Shown here piece after piece: positions 9,445-19,155 of a stretch of DNA of 64,000 nt. The notes under the pieces are model-generated. The model was not told the DNA's origin. It did no database searches and saw only the letters and a program-made list of their open reading frames with translations. The stretch's first letter is position 1; every line of letters starts with the position of its first letter. This DNA is from a virus. A program made the translations under genes and the position numbers. The DNA lies in IMG/VR virus record IMGVR_UViG_3300009788_000007, positions 16,601-80,600 of that record; one strand, given 5' to 3'.

Positions 9445-9954
9445 CCAAGCTATCACCCACCCCACAACTGCAATGAAAAAAGTTAAGTAAAAACCATAAC
9501 GCCATTTTTTATCAGCGTCTGCTTTACCTTCAGCCTTGTCTTCAACATCAGCCACTGCTGCGGCTGTAGCTTCCTTAGCTTCTAAACTAGTTTCAAAAAC
9601 AGTTTTTAAATTAGAAAACCCATTAGTTATCTTATCTTCCATATTTTTAGTATTTGATTGTATCTTATCTTCTAGGTTTTCTTTATTTGTACCGCACAAT
9701 GTTTCATTACTCTTTACTTTAACTTTTATTGCGGCGATATCACGTTCATGTTGTGCTTGATTTGTTGTAAGGTTAACGCATTGAGTGGCCATAGCATCAA
9801 CGCATTTTTCCATACTCTCAGCTGACTTATTAATTTGGGCTACGTGCTGGCTTTGTAATTCCATTTGCCCATTAACAGTGGCTTTGAAAGTTTTCATCTC
9901 GCCCTCCAATTCTATCAACCTTCTCAGGTTTGTTTCTGCTGTTGGTTCGGTCAT
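9436..9954 (-). CDS. coiled-coil protein with C-terminal membrane anchor (possible lysis accessory)
   Basis: Heptad-rich body ending YGFYLTFFIAVVGWVIAWLF; last gene of the late operon. Confidence 0.55.
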   Translation of the reverse strand: MTEPTAETNLRRLIELEGEMKTFKATVNGQMELQSQHVAQINKSAESMEKCVDAMATQCVNLTTNQAQHERDIAAIKVKVKSNETLCGTNKENLEDKIQSNTKNMEDKITNGFSNLKTVFETSLEAKEATAAAVADVEDKAEGKADADKKWRYGFYLTFFIAVVGWVIAWLF

Positions 9955-10109
9955 CCCATTAACCTTTCAAATTATTTTTAACTATAAACTGCTCTAACAA
10001 CTTCCTAGCCGCTAGTCTTCTGTGTTGGCATTTTCTGTGGTCGCTAAACCTTATTAATGCAGTTGTCATCGCAGGCCATTTATCTCCCACAATTAAAAGT
10101 ATTTCAGCA

Positions 10110-10595
10110 TCAGACAAATTTGAAAGTGCTGTCATAACTTTCAAATTCTTCATCAGTGGGCATTTTACTAAATGCTACCTTCTGTTCCACTATTGCCCAA
10201 TCTTTTTGATTAGATACATCAAGGTTATCATGCACTAAACCCATCCAAATATACCTTTGTTCTCTTTTTACTTTTTCTAATACTTCCGCAGCTTTTAAAT
10301 CTACAGTATTCTGATTTACTTCAGCAACTCCGTCAATAATTTCGCCTGTATAAAAACAATGTGATACACCTTCTAAATCAAGAAAACATCCTAAAGGTAT
10401 TGTTTCGTCAAATTCAACTAACGCATAGTTTTTATTTTTAAATTGCAGTTTTGCAAAATGGTCTTCATCAGGGGTTTTTAATTTACCATCCTTACCTAAA
10501 CTACAGTGTACTTGTTTATGGCAAGCTTTGTTGACTGTAATAATAGGCATTTCTAATTTACCATCATCATCTATAGGTGTATAAAGTTGTAGCAT
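10110..10595 (-). CDS. hypothetical tail-associated protein
   Basis: TAATG-coupled to the DUF2793-like gene. Confidence 0.55.
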   Translation of the reverse strand: MLQLYTPIDDDGKLEMPIITVNKACHKQVHCSLGKDGKLKTPDEDHFAKLQFKNKNYALVEFDETIPLGCFLDLEGVSHCFYTGEIIDGVAEVNQNTVDLKAAEVLEKVKREQRYIWMGLVHDNLDVSNQKDWAIVEQKVAFSKMPTDEEFESYDSTFKFV

Positions 10596-11302
10596 TAGTT
10601 CATCTCCTTAACTTCAATAGAAAACGCACCGTCTTCTTGGTCAATTTCAAGTATTAAACAGGTAGCACATGAAAATTGTTTCAATTCATCCATTTGCACC
10701 CTACACCCAGTAGGAGTACCAGCCCCAGTATCAGAAGTTTTATCTGTCACAGATTTTATATAAAGTGACTTGTCACCAGCTAACCTGTCATTAAGTTGGC
10801 TATTTATATAAACATTTGTTACAAGTATACCTGTAAATGTTAAATCATAAATTCCAGCACTTGGGTGAGACACAGCCACACTCGCCCCTACTTCACTAGT
10901 TTGTAATAGAATACTTCCTGCAGCATTAAAGCGTGCTAAAAGTAAAGTATTACCGGACCCTATTCCCCCAGTCACCCATGCAGTACCATTAAAATTATAC
11001 TCAACAGATTCATCTTCTACAAAGGCTCTCCAGCCCTGCAGTGGTGTAATAAAATTCCAGGTATTCCCAAAGAAAAAAGCTATGTTGTCTTCTTGCCCAG
11101 TCCAGTCACCAGAAGCTACCGAGGCAACTATATACCTATCACCTTCTGCAGGTGACCCTGGGGGTGCTGTAAGATCTTTGTCTTTTACTCTTGTTTGCAC
11201 CATGGCATCAAGAATATTTAAGGCTTCGTTATGGGTCACCTCTGCATTAGCCTGTGATTCACGCAGTAAGGGCATCTGTAGGTTTGGAGTAAAATCTACC
11301 AT
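10595..11302 (-). CDS. DUF2793-like tail fibre/tip protein
   Basis: TPNLQMPLL..SQANAEVTHNEAL..LD; PPGSPAEGDRYIVA..ASGDWTGQE. Confidence 0.85.
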   Translation of the reverse strand: MVDFTPNLQMPLLRESQANAEVTHNEALNILDAMVQTRVKDKDLTAPPGSPAEGDRYIVASVASGDWTGQEDNIAFFFGNTWNFITPLQGWRAFVEDESVEYNFNGTAWVTGGIGSGNTLLLARFNAAGSILLQTSEVGASVAVSHPSAGIYDLTFTGILVTNVYINSQLNDRLAGDKSLYIKSVTDKTSDTGAGTPTGCRVQMDELKQFSCATCLILEIDQEDGAFSIEVKEMN

Positions 11303-13992
11303 TATAAAGTAGCCGCCTTTCCTTTTCCTCTTTGTTTAATTTCTGTAAGTTGGTATATGATCATGTTTACATCAGCCCCAGGTGCTAGCCCTGCAGCAGT
11401 TTGGTCTGCAGCTGTAAAAGTAAATTCTGGTAGTTGTGGTCTATCTACAGGCCATGGCCCCTCTACAGTAATAGTATCTACAATTACTGTAAATCCTGCA
11501 TCAAAAAAATCTATCTGGAATATTTCTCTATTTTCTAAAAGTGGGGTGGTTGTTCCTACTACAAAATGTTTTACTAGTGCCCTGGTTGCACGCTTCCAAA
11601 GTATCCTTAAATCGTTTGCCGTATTTCTAATACCTGTAATGTGTACGGGGCTAAAACCTTGTATTGTGTTTGCTTCTAAGGGTAACAGGGAAAACCCTGG
11701 GACCTGCCCAGGTAACACATTAGGGGGTACTGCTTTAAAAAATCTATCAAAATTTATTTCGCTTATGGCTACTTCATTAAACTGAACTCTCCCTATGTCC
11801 AATAAAATAAATCTTTCATCAGTTTGGGTGTGCGCCACTTCATCTGCAGTGTCCCTTCGTCCTCTGAGAAGTTTTGAAATCGTATAAATATTAGTGTCAA
11901 TGAGTACTGCATTTTGAAATTGTAAAACTTCTTCACCTATAATGCAGGTGTTAGCCCCTTCTAACATTTCTTCTTCAGTTACAGATTCTAAAGTACCATT
12001 AACCAAAGTAACATCTATAGTAGTGCCATTATCAAAATAACCTACTGGGCCTGCAGGAACAGCTACAGGCACAAAACCCATTGTGGATTCCTGAAAAATA
12101 GAACCTTTATAAAAAAAGTTTTGCCCATCATCTGATTTGAATATTTGCGCACTATTGAATTCTGCTGTAGGGTCTATTTTAGCTACTGCCATGTATACCC
12201 CAGGTGAATGATTTTGATCATTTGTAAATGGGGCAATATCAATAATTTCAAATAATAATGTGCCTCCTTGAAAAACAGCACGTGTAAGGTTTTGATTTGT
12301 ATTATCTTCTTCACCTACTTGTACGTTTGTCCTAATATCTTCAACAACACCTTCAATTAGCAAAACATGGTCTTTACCTCGGTCTATTTTTTTAGTAAGT
12401 ACTGTATAAGTTTCATCTTCAAAATTAAGATTAACTTTGTCATTTTCTTCTAAATCTATATATGCTATAGGTAAAGAAAATGTAATGGCTTGTCTACGTT
12501 GCCATGCGCTCCATAACTCACGCCTAGCAATAGTTCTAGCTTCTGCAGCACTCATAACAATAGGCACATTAAAAATAACTGATGTATTATTAGGTACATC
12601 TACTCTACGTTCTCTTTGGGCTGCTTCTTGAAAAGCTTGTTTTGGCTCAATAAATTTTACTATAATTTCGCTCGGTAAGTCAGGTCCAAAAGTATCTGAA
12701 ATTTCAAAAGGTCTTTGTATTGTGTTGTCTCTACCTGGAGAAGCTGCAAAATCTCCATCTTTAATTAGTTCTACAGTGGGGTCATCTTTCTTTTTAAATA
12801 TAATAGCCCCGTTACGCTCAAATGCATGAAGATTAGCGAAACGCATAAGTGGTATTAATAGTTCTACAGCTGGTTGAGGCCCTAATGCATGAAAGCCTTG
12901 CAATACATCTGTGGCCACAGAAGCATCAAATTCTGAGCTATCTAAACCTGCACGTGTTAATATTTTGTCAATACCACCCGCCACTGTTTCTGTAGCGGTT
13001 CGCTGCACAATAAATTGCATTTGGGGAAATTGGTTGCCAAAATTTATTAAATGTATTTTTTCTATAACTACATAACAAGTGCCTCTAAATGTAGGCACAT
13101 TACCAGTACCTTCTTTAGATTCTATTAATGGGTCTGCAGTTTGTACTAAATCACCTGGATAAAATCTAACATCAAAAATTTGATTAGGGTCAAAGGCATC
13201 AGTGTTTTCCTGTAAGGTTATAGTATTTCCTGCAGCCTCAGAGCCTGATGAGTTAGTTTCATTCTGTAAAGTCACAAAAGTCTCACTAGTAGCTGTATTT
13301 GTTCCTGATGAGCCTATAACCCAAGTGTCATTTAAAATGCTTGCGGTCCATCCTGACATAATCATTTCTTTACCACTTTGAAACACACTTAAGTCAACAC
13401 CAGATGCAACTGTAGCAATTACACGTACAAAGTTAGCCCCACCAACACTTTCTGCATTAGCCCTAATACCATCTGAAACAATATTTGTTAGTTCTGGGTT
13501 TTGATATATAACTTCACCATTGGCTATTATTTTGTCAAGCCTAGTACAGATTCCTTCACATAAACCTATAGCAAAATCTGCAAAATAATTGTAACCCACA
13601 ATATTGTTTTCAATAACTGTTTTAGACCTTGGTATAAGTTTTCCAGAATCTGAATTTGGTCTGGCTGTCTCTGAAGTTTCTGTTACGATTTCTTCGATTA
13701 AGCCTGATGTCCAAATAATTTGCCCTGCAAAACGATTTGTGGGACCAAGCACAAATGCCATAGGCCCGCCTTCAGCAGATGATTGTATTTGTAGCCCACC
13801 TACACGAGGCCCAACAGGGGATACAATTTCAGCCCCTAACCCACCATCACCAGCAATTTTTGGGAATAAATATTTGTTATCAATGTACGCACCTGCCGCG
13901 CTCCCAATTGCACCCCCAATTGCACCCCCAACTCCAGGTGCAATATAGTTACCAATTGCCGTACCAACGTAATTACCAACTATTGTTGCCAT
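11302..13992 (-). CDS. GTA-like tail tip / central tail (host specificity) protein
   Basis: Gly/Ala-rich N-terminus, YFADFAIGLCEG, VPTFRGTCYVV, LLRGRRDT; follows NlpC/P60. Confidence 0.85.
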   Translation of the reverse strand: MATIVGNYVGTAIGNYIAPGVGGAIGGAIGSAAGAYIDNKYLFPKIAGDGGLGAEIVSPVGPRVGGLQIQSSAEGGPMAFVLGPTNRFAGQIIWTSGLIEEIVTETSETARPNSDSGKLIPRSKTVIENNIVGYNYFADFAIGLCEGICTRLDKIIANGEVIYQNPELTNIVSDGIRANAESVGGANFVRVIATVASGVDLSVFQSGKEMIMSGWTASILNDTWVIGSSGTNTATSETFVTLQNETNSSGSEAAGNTITLQENTDAFDPNQIFDVRFYPGDLVQTADPLIESKEGTGNVPTFRGTCYVVIEKIHLINFGNQFPQMQFIVQRTATETVAGGIDKILTRAGLDSSEFDASVATDVLQGFHALGPQPAVELLIPLMRFANLHAFERNGAIIFKKKDDPTVELIKDGDFAASPGRDNTIQRPFEISDTFGPDLPSEIIVKFIEPKQAFQEAAQRERRVDVPNNTSVIFNVPIVMSAAEARTIARRELWSAWQRRQAITFSLPIAYIDLEENDKVNLNFEDETYTVLTKKIDRGKDHVLLIEGVVEDIRTNVQVGEEDNTNQNLTRAVFQGGTLLFEIIDIAPFTNDQNHSPGVYMAVAKIDPTAEFNSAQIFKSDDGQNFFYKGSIFQESTMGFVPVAVPAGPVGYFDNGTTIDVTLVNGTLESVTEEEMLEGANTCIIGEEVLQFQNAVLIDTNIYTISKLLRGRRDTADEVAHTQTDERFILLDIGRVQFNEVAISEINFDRFFKAVPPNVLPGQVPGFSLLPLEANTIQGFSPVHITGIRNTANDLRILWKRATRALVKHFVVGTTTPLLENREIFQIDFFDAGFTVIVDTITVEGPWPVDRPQLPEFTFTAADQTAAGLAPGADVNMIIYQLTEIKQRGKGKAATL

Positions 13993-14414
13993 GTCTCACT
14001 AACTCCTGGCCATTGGAAAGCATGTGTTATCCGCTCATCCCAATTATAGTGTGTGTGGGTCTCGACTACCTTTTTAACTTTATCATATGTGTGCAGGATA
14101 CCTATATCAGTCATCACACCTACATGCTGTGGATGTTTTGAAATATGGTTTACCCAATAAATAATAACATCTCCTGGTTGTCGGTCTTCCACAGCTATAG
14201 GTATAAAAACTTTTTTCATATGCTCCATTAATAAAGTACCATCAGAATAACGCTTATAAACTGTATGGTCATAGTTAAATAATTCAAGCTCTTTAGCTAT
14301 CCCAACTATTAAACCTATGCAGTCTACCCCTATACCCTTTTTTCTTGCTTGATGCACGAATGGAGTATTTAAATATTCCCTAGCTTTTTCTATAATATTT
14401 TTTCTTGTGACCAT
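13980..14414 (-). CDS. NlpC/P60 tail peptidase
   Basis: AREYLNTPFVHQAR..GVDCIGL...HVG...LH. Confidence 0.9.
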   Translation of the reverse strand: MVTRKNIIEKAREYLNTPFVHQARKKGIGVDCIGLIVGIAKELELFNYDHTVYKRYSDGTLLMEHMKKVFIPIAVEDRQPGDVIIYWVNHISKHPQHVGVMTDIGILHTYDKVKKVVETHTHYNWDERITHAFQWPGVSETWQQ

Positions 14415-15286
14415 TATTTAGCCTTTGGTGTTTCTAACATCGCATCTGAGCCTGGGATAAAGGGGAACCCCCCGAAATTTTCTATAATGTTAAACTTATT
14501 TATACAGGTATCACGCAATTTGTCACATCCTGGCTGCACATTAAATGTGTCTAACACAGATATATTAAAATCAGTAGGCAGTTGCAATTCTAAAGTTTGC
14601 ACAGCTGCTGGTGTGCTGTGTAACTTTACTACAGATGTTTTAGCAGTGTTTGGACCTGTTAACCATGTAAGCCTGCCATGAGTGAAAAAATCAGCTGATT
14701 CTGTTAGTCCTGATGCCTCAAACAACGATCTATTATTAAGGCTACCCCCTGTAACAGATAGTATAGAGCCTGCCTCACTAAGCCCAACAACATCTACCCT
14801 ACACACAGCATCACCTAAATCATTATCACACTCTCTTGTGTACATGCGCCCTACTCTGGGTATTATCCAACGTGTTAAACCTTCTACCTTTGCTTCCCAT
14901 CTTTCAGCTGAATATTTGACTTCAGTAATCCAGTATTTTGCAGTTGTTATAGCAGGCATCCATGGGAATCTGTAATCAATCCAACTTTCAGTTATTTCTG
15001 CTTCATTAAAAAGACCTGAACGTAAATCTTCATGAGTTATTAAATTTGAGGTTATTGGCCCAATCATCTCAAGATTCTCTATAGCTAAATCAGCTTCTTT
15101 TCTTCTAGCGCTTACTTGCACACTATCTACAGGAGTATATAGCTCATTTTCAAAAGTTATTTCCTGAGTGTTACTTGTAAATCTAAAAACAGTACTATCT
15201 GTGCGTTCAATTTTCCACAAGGTAGCTAACCAGTGTTTTCTTCTTTTCAGAAGTTCCCTTGTACCGTTATCTAGAGGTATTGTCAT
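14414..15286 (-). CDS. DUF2163/BR0599-like baseplate hub protein
   Basis: CDNDLGDAVCRV and PGCDK..TC..KF....NFGGFPFIPG. Confidence 0.9.
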   Translation of the reverse strand: MTIPLDNGTRELLKRRKHWLATLWKIERTDSTVFRFTSNTQEITFENELYTPVDSVQVSARRKEADLAIENLEMIGPITSNLITHEDLRSGLFNEAEITESWIDYRFPWMPAITTAKYWITEVKYSAERWEAKVEGLTRWIIPRVGRMYTRECDNDLGDAVCRVDVVGLSEAGSILSVTGGSLNNRSLFEASGLTESADFFTHGRLTWLTGPNTAKTSVVKLHSTPAAVQTLELQLPTDFNISVLDTFNVQPGCDKLRDTCINKFNIIENFGGFPFIPGSDAMLETPKAK

Positions 15287-15636
15287 GGTGCTAATTCTCC
15301 AGCAGTTGTGTTAGTTAGCCCAAATATTTTACCAAACCAGCGCTCCTGACCATCATTTTTAAACGCACCTAAAACAATACCTTCTTCAGTACCTAATGAA
15401 AATAAATCAAATCCATTAGGTGATTCAACATCAAAAGTAAAGGTGTCACTAGTATTAATTATATAAAAATGTGGCCCACCTTTTTTTAATTGTGCAGTGT
15501 CCGGTAGTTCTACAGTATACCCATTAGCATCAGGTGTGAGCACTTGCACACGTGGAGCCCCCCGGTACAAAGATGTGTTGGCAGTGAGCGCTATAAAAGT
15601 GCCATTACCCATAAATTCAAGCATACGGTTCATCAT
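15283..15636 (-). CDS. stand-alone paralog of the C-terminal domain of the DUF2460 protein
   Basis: LP....L..GGPHFYIIN matches LP....LEPGGPYFYLEN in 22312-23331. Confidence 0.65.
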   Translation of the reverse strand: MMNRMLEFMGNGTFIALTANTSLYRGAPRVQVLTPDANGYTVELPDTAQLKKGGPHFYIINTSDTFTFDVESPNGFDLFSLGTEEGIVLGAFKNDGQERWFGKIFGLTNTTAGELAP

Positions 15637-18248
15637 GCGTTAGCCAATCCTGCTTGTAAGTCACCTAAAATTTGAGATCGTGACTGTTTAAAACTATTAG
15701 CATCAGTAGCGTTTACTGTAAAATTAATATTATTGTTAACTGTAGTACCCCCACCACCATCGGATGATACCCCAAGTTTACCATTCTTACGTTTGAGTGG
15801 TAGGATAGCTTCAGGGCCTACTTCAGACATAGATGAAAGTTTTCCGTTCGCCTGATTAAACAATGTTGGAGTATTTACAACACCCCCATTTTGAAATTGT
15901 TGGATATTACCTTGATTAAAAACATTACCGTTCGCACTTTGAAAATTCGTACCCGCACTACTAAATGTTTGTGTTTGTGCTCCTGCAGACTGTAAAGCTT
16001 CTGCATTAGTTTGTGTACCTCCAGAGAACCCTGCACTAATACCAGTTGTGATTGCTTGTGCAATAGCTTGTTTCGCTATCTGCTGTGTAATCTGTCTACC
16101 TGTTTCATTTAAAACTTCTCGTAAACTTTTTGCCTGGAATAACGCTGTAGTCAAACCATCGGCAATACCGCTACCGATAATTTGCCCGGTTTTTTCCATC
16201 TGGCCCATAGTTTCATTTGCATCTTTTAATTTTTTAAGAACTTCATCTAAACCATTATTTGTTTTTTCTATAGAATCAGGTATTTTTCCTGCTGAATTAG
16301 CCATTTTATCAAAACTAATAGCAACATCAAAAGATGCCTTACTAGTTAAATCTAAACCTAAATTGAGTTCATTGATTCCTGTGATAAGTTCTTTAACAGA
16401 TTTTTTTGCAGCTTTAAATATGTCACCTTTACTTTGCTTTTTACCAAACTCTTTTTGTATTCTTAAAAATTCTTCATTAGCATTTTTTCTTATAGCATTT
16501 AGTCTTACTCCAGATTCTAAAGCATCTGCTATGATTTCAGCATTGGCTTTTTTCTCAGCATCCACAATATCTTTTAGAGAATCTTTAAGTACCTGATTAG
16601 CTTTGTCATCAACAAACTTCCTAGCTAAACTAACATCTAAGTTTTTATTAAAAAAAGAAGCTACATCTAAGATACCATTTTCTATAAATCTCTCTGCTTC
16701 AGACCACGCAATTTTAAAACCACTAGTAAACGTCACCCAAATTTTAGTTAATTGTGACACGCCAGTATTCCAACCAAACCTAATACGCTCAACAATATTT
16801 AAAAAGAATTCAGCAAAAGCAGCTGCGGCTTCTTGGGCTATTTTAAATTCATTAAATAATGTTTTACCTATAACTATACCTGCAGCTAAAGCAACGAGGC
16901 TAGCAAATATAGTTAATAAAGGTGCTGTAGATATAGCAGCTGCTGCAGAGCCTTTAGCCAGTGCAAACATAGCCTTACTCATTCCAATAATTACCGCAGT
17001 AAATTTAAATGCAATAATAGCCCCTATAAAAATACTTATTGCCTTTAATGTTGCGGCAACAGCCGCAGCCCTTTGTGCCGTACCTGATAAACTATCCTGC
17101 AAACCTAACAAAAATCTTATGCCATCAGTTACGGCTTCCACCATATTTTTTAAACTACCCGCCGCCCCTGAATCACCGATAGATAAAATAAATTCTTCAG
17201 TTGCAGAGATAAGAGATTTAAACGCACCGCCTAAAGTATCAGCCATTACTCTAGCCTGTTCTTCTGCCGCACCTCTATTTTCTTTTTGGGCTTCTGTGAG
17301 TTCATCAACTCTGTTTGCAGCTTCACCGATAATAAGAGCAGCACCTGCAAATCTAGTATTAAAAACATTAGCCGCCCTGGGTAAGTCTGCGCCTGCCGCA
17401 ACAAATCTTCTTAATATTTCTGTGGCGGATACCCCTTGCTTATTAAATTCATCAAGGTCTAGACCTAAAGACCTAAAAGCTTTTCTAGCTTTTACTGATG
17501 GGTTTTCTAAACTAAGTAATATACCACGTAGGGCAACGCCAGCTTTACTACCTTGAATACCAGAATCACCAAGTACACCTAACTGTGATGCAGTTTCTTC
17601 TAAGCTTTGCCCGGCAGCCTTGGCAATAGGGGCCACATCTACAAATGCTTGCGCGAGTTGTGCAACACTTGTGTTTGCTCTATTGGATACGTTAACTAAA
17701 GAATCGACCACACGTGAAGTTTCTTTTGCTTCTAAGCCAAACCCGCTTAAGATGTTACTAGCCACATCTGCAGCCTCGCCTAGTTCAATGGCTCCCGTAG
17801 TGGCTAGATCTAAAGTAGCTGGTAAAGCGGCTATGGCTTCTTCAGTCTCAAATCCCGCCCTAGCTAAGAACAGGAGCCCATCAGCAGCCTCTGTAGCACT
17901 AAAACGTGTTGTGGCCCCTAGTTTCCTCGCAGTTACTTCAAGGGCTTCCAGTTGATCTCCAGTAGCCCCTGCCACAGCACCAAGTGTCACCATCGATTGC
18001 TCAAAATCCGCTATGGTCCTGATAGCATCTTTTGCCGCAGCCACTGCAGCAAGTACAGTAACAAATTGACCTAATGAGCTTGTTACAGACTTGGTTGATT
18101 TTTCAAGCTCTTTGTTCTTCTTATCGAATTTATCCAGCTCACCACGGGCACCTTTTGCACCTGTTTTTAATTTCTTAAAAGCTCTATCGGCTTTTGAGGC
18201 CCCTGTAGTGGCTGGTCGTGCATCAATGGCAACACTTAGTACTGGCAT
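15633..18248 (-). CDS. tail tape measure protein (TP901-type core)
   Basis: LGATTRFSATEAADG..FLARAGF, GIQGSKAGVALR; C-terminal EVGPEAILPL. Confidence 0.95.
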   Translation of the reverse strand: MPVLSVAIDARPATTGASKADRAFKKLKTGAKGARGELDKFDKKNKELEKSTKSVTSSLGQFVTVLAAVAAAKDAIRTIADFEQSMVTLGAVAGATGDQLEALEVTARKLGATTRFSATEAADGLLFLARAGFETEEAIAALPATLDLATTGAIELGEAADVASNILSGFGLEAKETSRVVDSLVNVSNRANTSVAQLAQAFVDVAPIAKAAGQSLEETASQLGVLGDSGIQGSKAGVALRGILLSLENPSVKARKAFRSLGLDLDEFNKQGVSATEILRRFVAAGADLPRAANVFNTRFAGAALIIGEAANRVDELTEAQKENRGAAEEQARVMADTLGGAFKSLISATEEFILSIGDSGAAGSLKNMVEAVTDGIRFLLGLQDSLSGTAQRAAAVAATLKAISIFIGAIIAFKFTAVIIGMSKAMFALAKGSAAAAISTAPLLTIFASLVALAAGIVIGKTLFNEFKIAQEAAAAFAEFFLNIVERIRFGWNTGVSQLTKIWVTFTSGFKIAWSEAERFIENGILDVASFFNKNLDVSLARKFVDDKANQVLKDSLKDIVDAEKKANAEIIADALESGVRLNAIRKNANEEFLRIQKEFGKKQSKGDIFKAAKKSVKELITGINELNLGLDLTSKASFDVAISFDKMANSAGKIPDSIEKTNNGLDEVLKKLKDANETMGQMEKTGQIIGSGIADGLTTALFQAKSLREVLNETGRQITQQIAKQAIAQAITTGISAGFSGGTQTNAEALQSAGAQTQTFSSAGTNFQSANGNVFNQGNIQQFQNGGVVNTPTLFNQANGKLSSMSEVGPEAILPLKRKNGKLGVSSDGGGGTTVNNNINFTVNATDANSFKQSRSQILGDLQAGLANA

Positions 18249-18257
18249 ATCAAAACC

Positions 18258-19081
18258 TTATTTCTTCTTTGATGTAGATGGTAAAAGTCTGTCTGAATCA
18301 TTACCATCTTCATCTGTTTCAGATTTTTTTCTAATGTACTGGAGATATGAACTTTCAACTGATTGAAACATTTCCATAAGAGTGACACGGTCATCAAAAG
18401 TGTAGTCATTATCACAGTAGAAATTAATCCAGCTAACCGCCTCAGAGAATAGAATAGGGGTGATGCCTTCGGTGTGTGGTCGTATGTTGTGTAACATAGT
18501 CCACATTTCCCAAATGAAAAAAACATGTTCTTCAAGCTCTGGCTGTTTAAGGGCTGTAATTTCTTTACCCTTAGCTTTAAGCCTTTCATTATGTTTTTTA
18601 AGTTTGTTCGCATACTTACCCCATTCTAAATGCCATCTAAGGCGGTCAGTTAGTTTTTTACGTCTTCTTCTTGCCCTTCAACTTGGTAAGCTTCAAAATC
18701 ACCTGCATACTCAGTAATAATTTCTGCGAACTTATCCATTTCATTTAAGTATTTAAGTGCAACTGCTTCTGAATACAAAACATCAAAAACTTTTCCATCT
18801 TTGCCTATATCCTGTAGATGCTTCCAATCAAGTAGAACATGCTTTGCTGTGACTTTATTATTTAGTTCTTCTATAATCTCAACCTCACCAGCTTGTATGG
18901 CTATTCTGTTTTTTCTATAAAGCTTATTTCTGTACGCTTTTGCTTTAGGGTTATTGGAACGGGCTATAAGCAGTTCTAGCCCGTTATGGTCTTGCCAAAC
19001 TCCCTCAACATCTTTTGATTTGTCAGTACGTAAAGAGGCGATATTAAACCCCTTTACGTCTGTTTTGTTATCATCACTCAT
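18258..19081 (-). CDS. tail assembly chaperones G (18650-19081) and G-T (via -1 frameshift)
   Basis: Slippery A AAA AAC at 18653-18659 just before the stop; the -1 frame is open into ORF 18258-18506. Confidence 0.8.
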
Positions 19082-19113
19082 TTGTGATTTTCCTTTCTGG
19101 TAGGCTCATACTT

Positions 19114-19155
19114 TTTTACTTTTACTTTTACTTTTACTTTTACTTTTACTTTTAC
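19114..19155 (-). repeat. (GTAAAA)7 perfect tandem repeat
   Basis: Seven exact TTTTAC units on + directly after the tail tube stop codon. Confidence 0.95.

Noticed and set aside
16048-17955. Long + strand ORFs (182, 317 and 111 aa) opposite the tape measure, and similar ones opposite the tube and fibre genes
   Set aside because: These are shadow frames with no recognisable domains. The 317-aa one is in a shifted register, unlike the codon-aligned, motif-bearing ORF inside the intein.
18236-18613. 125-aa track ORF as the second tail chaperone
   Set aside because: Wrong frame; the -1 frameshift leads into 18258-18506.
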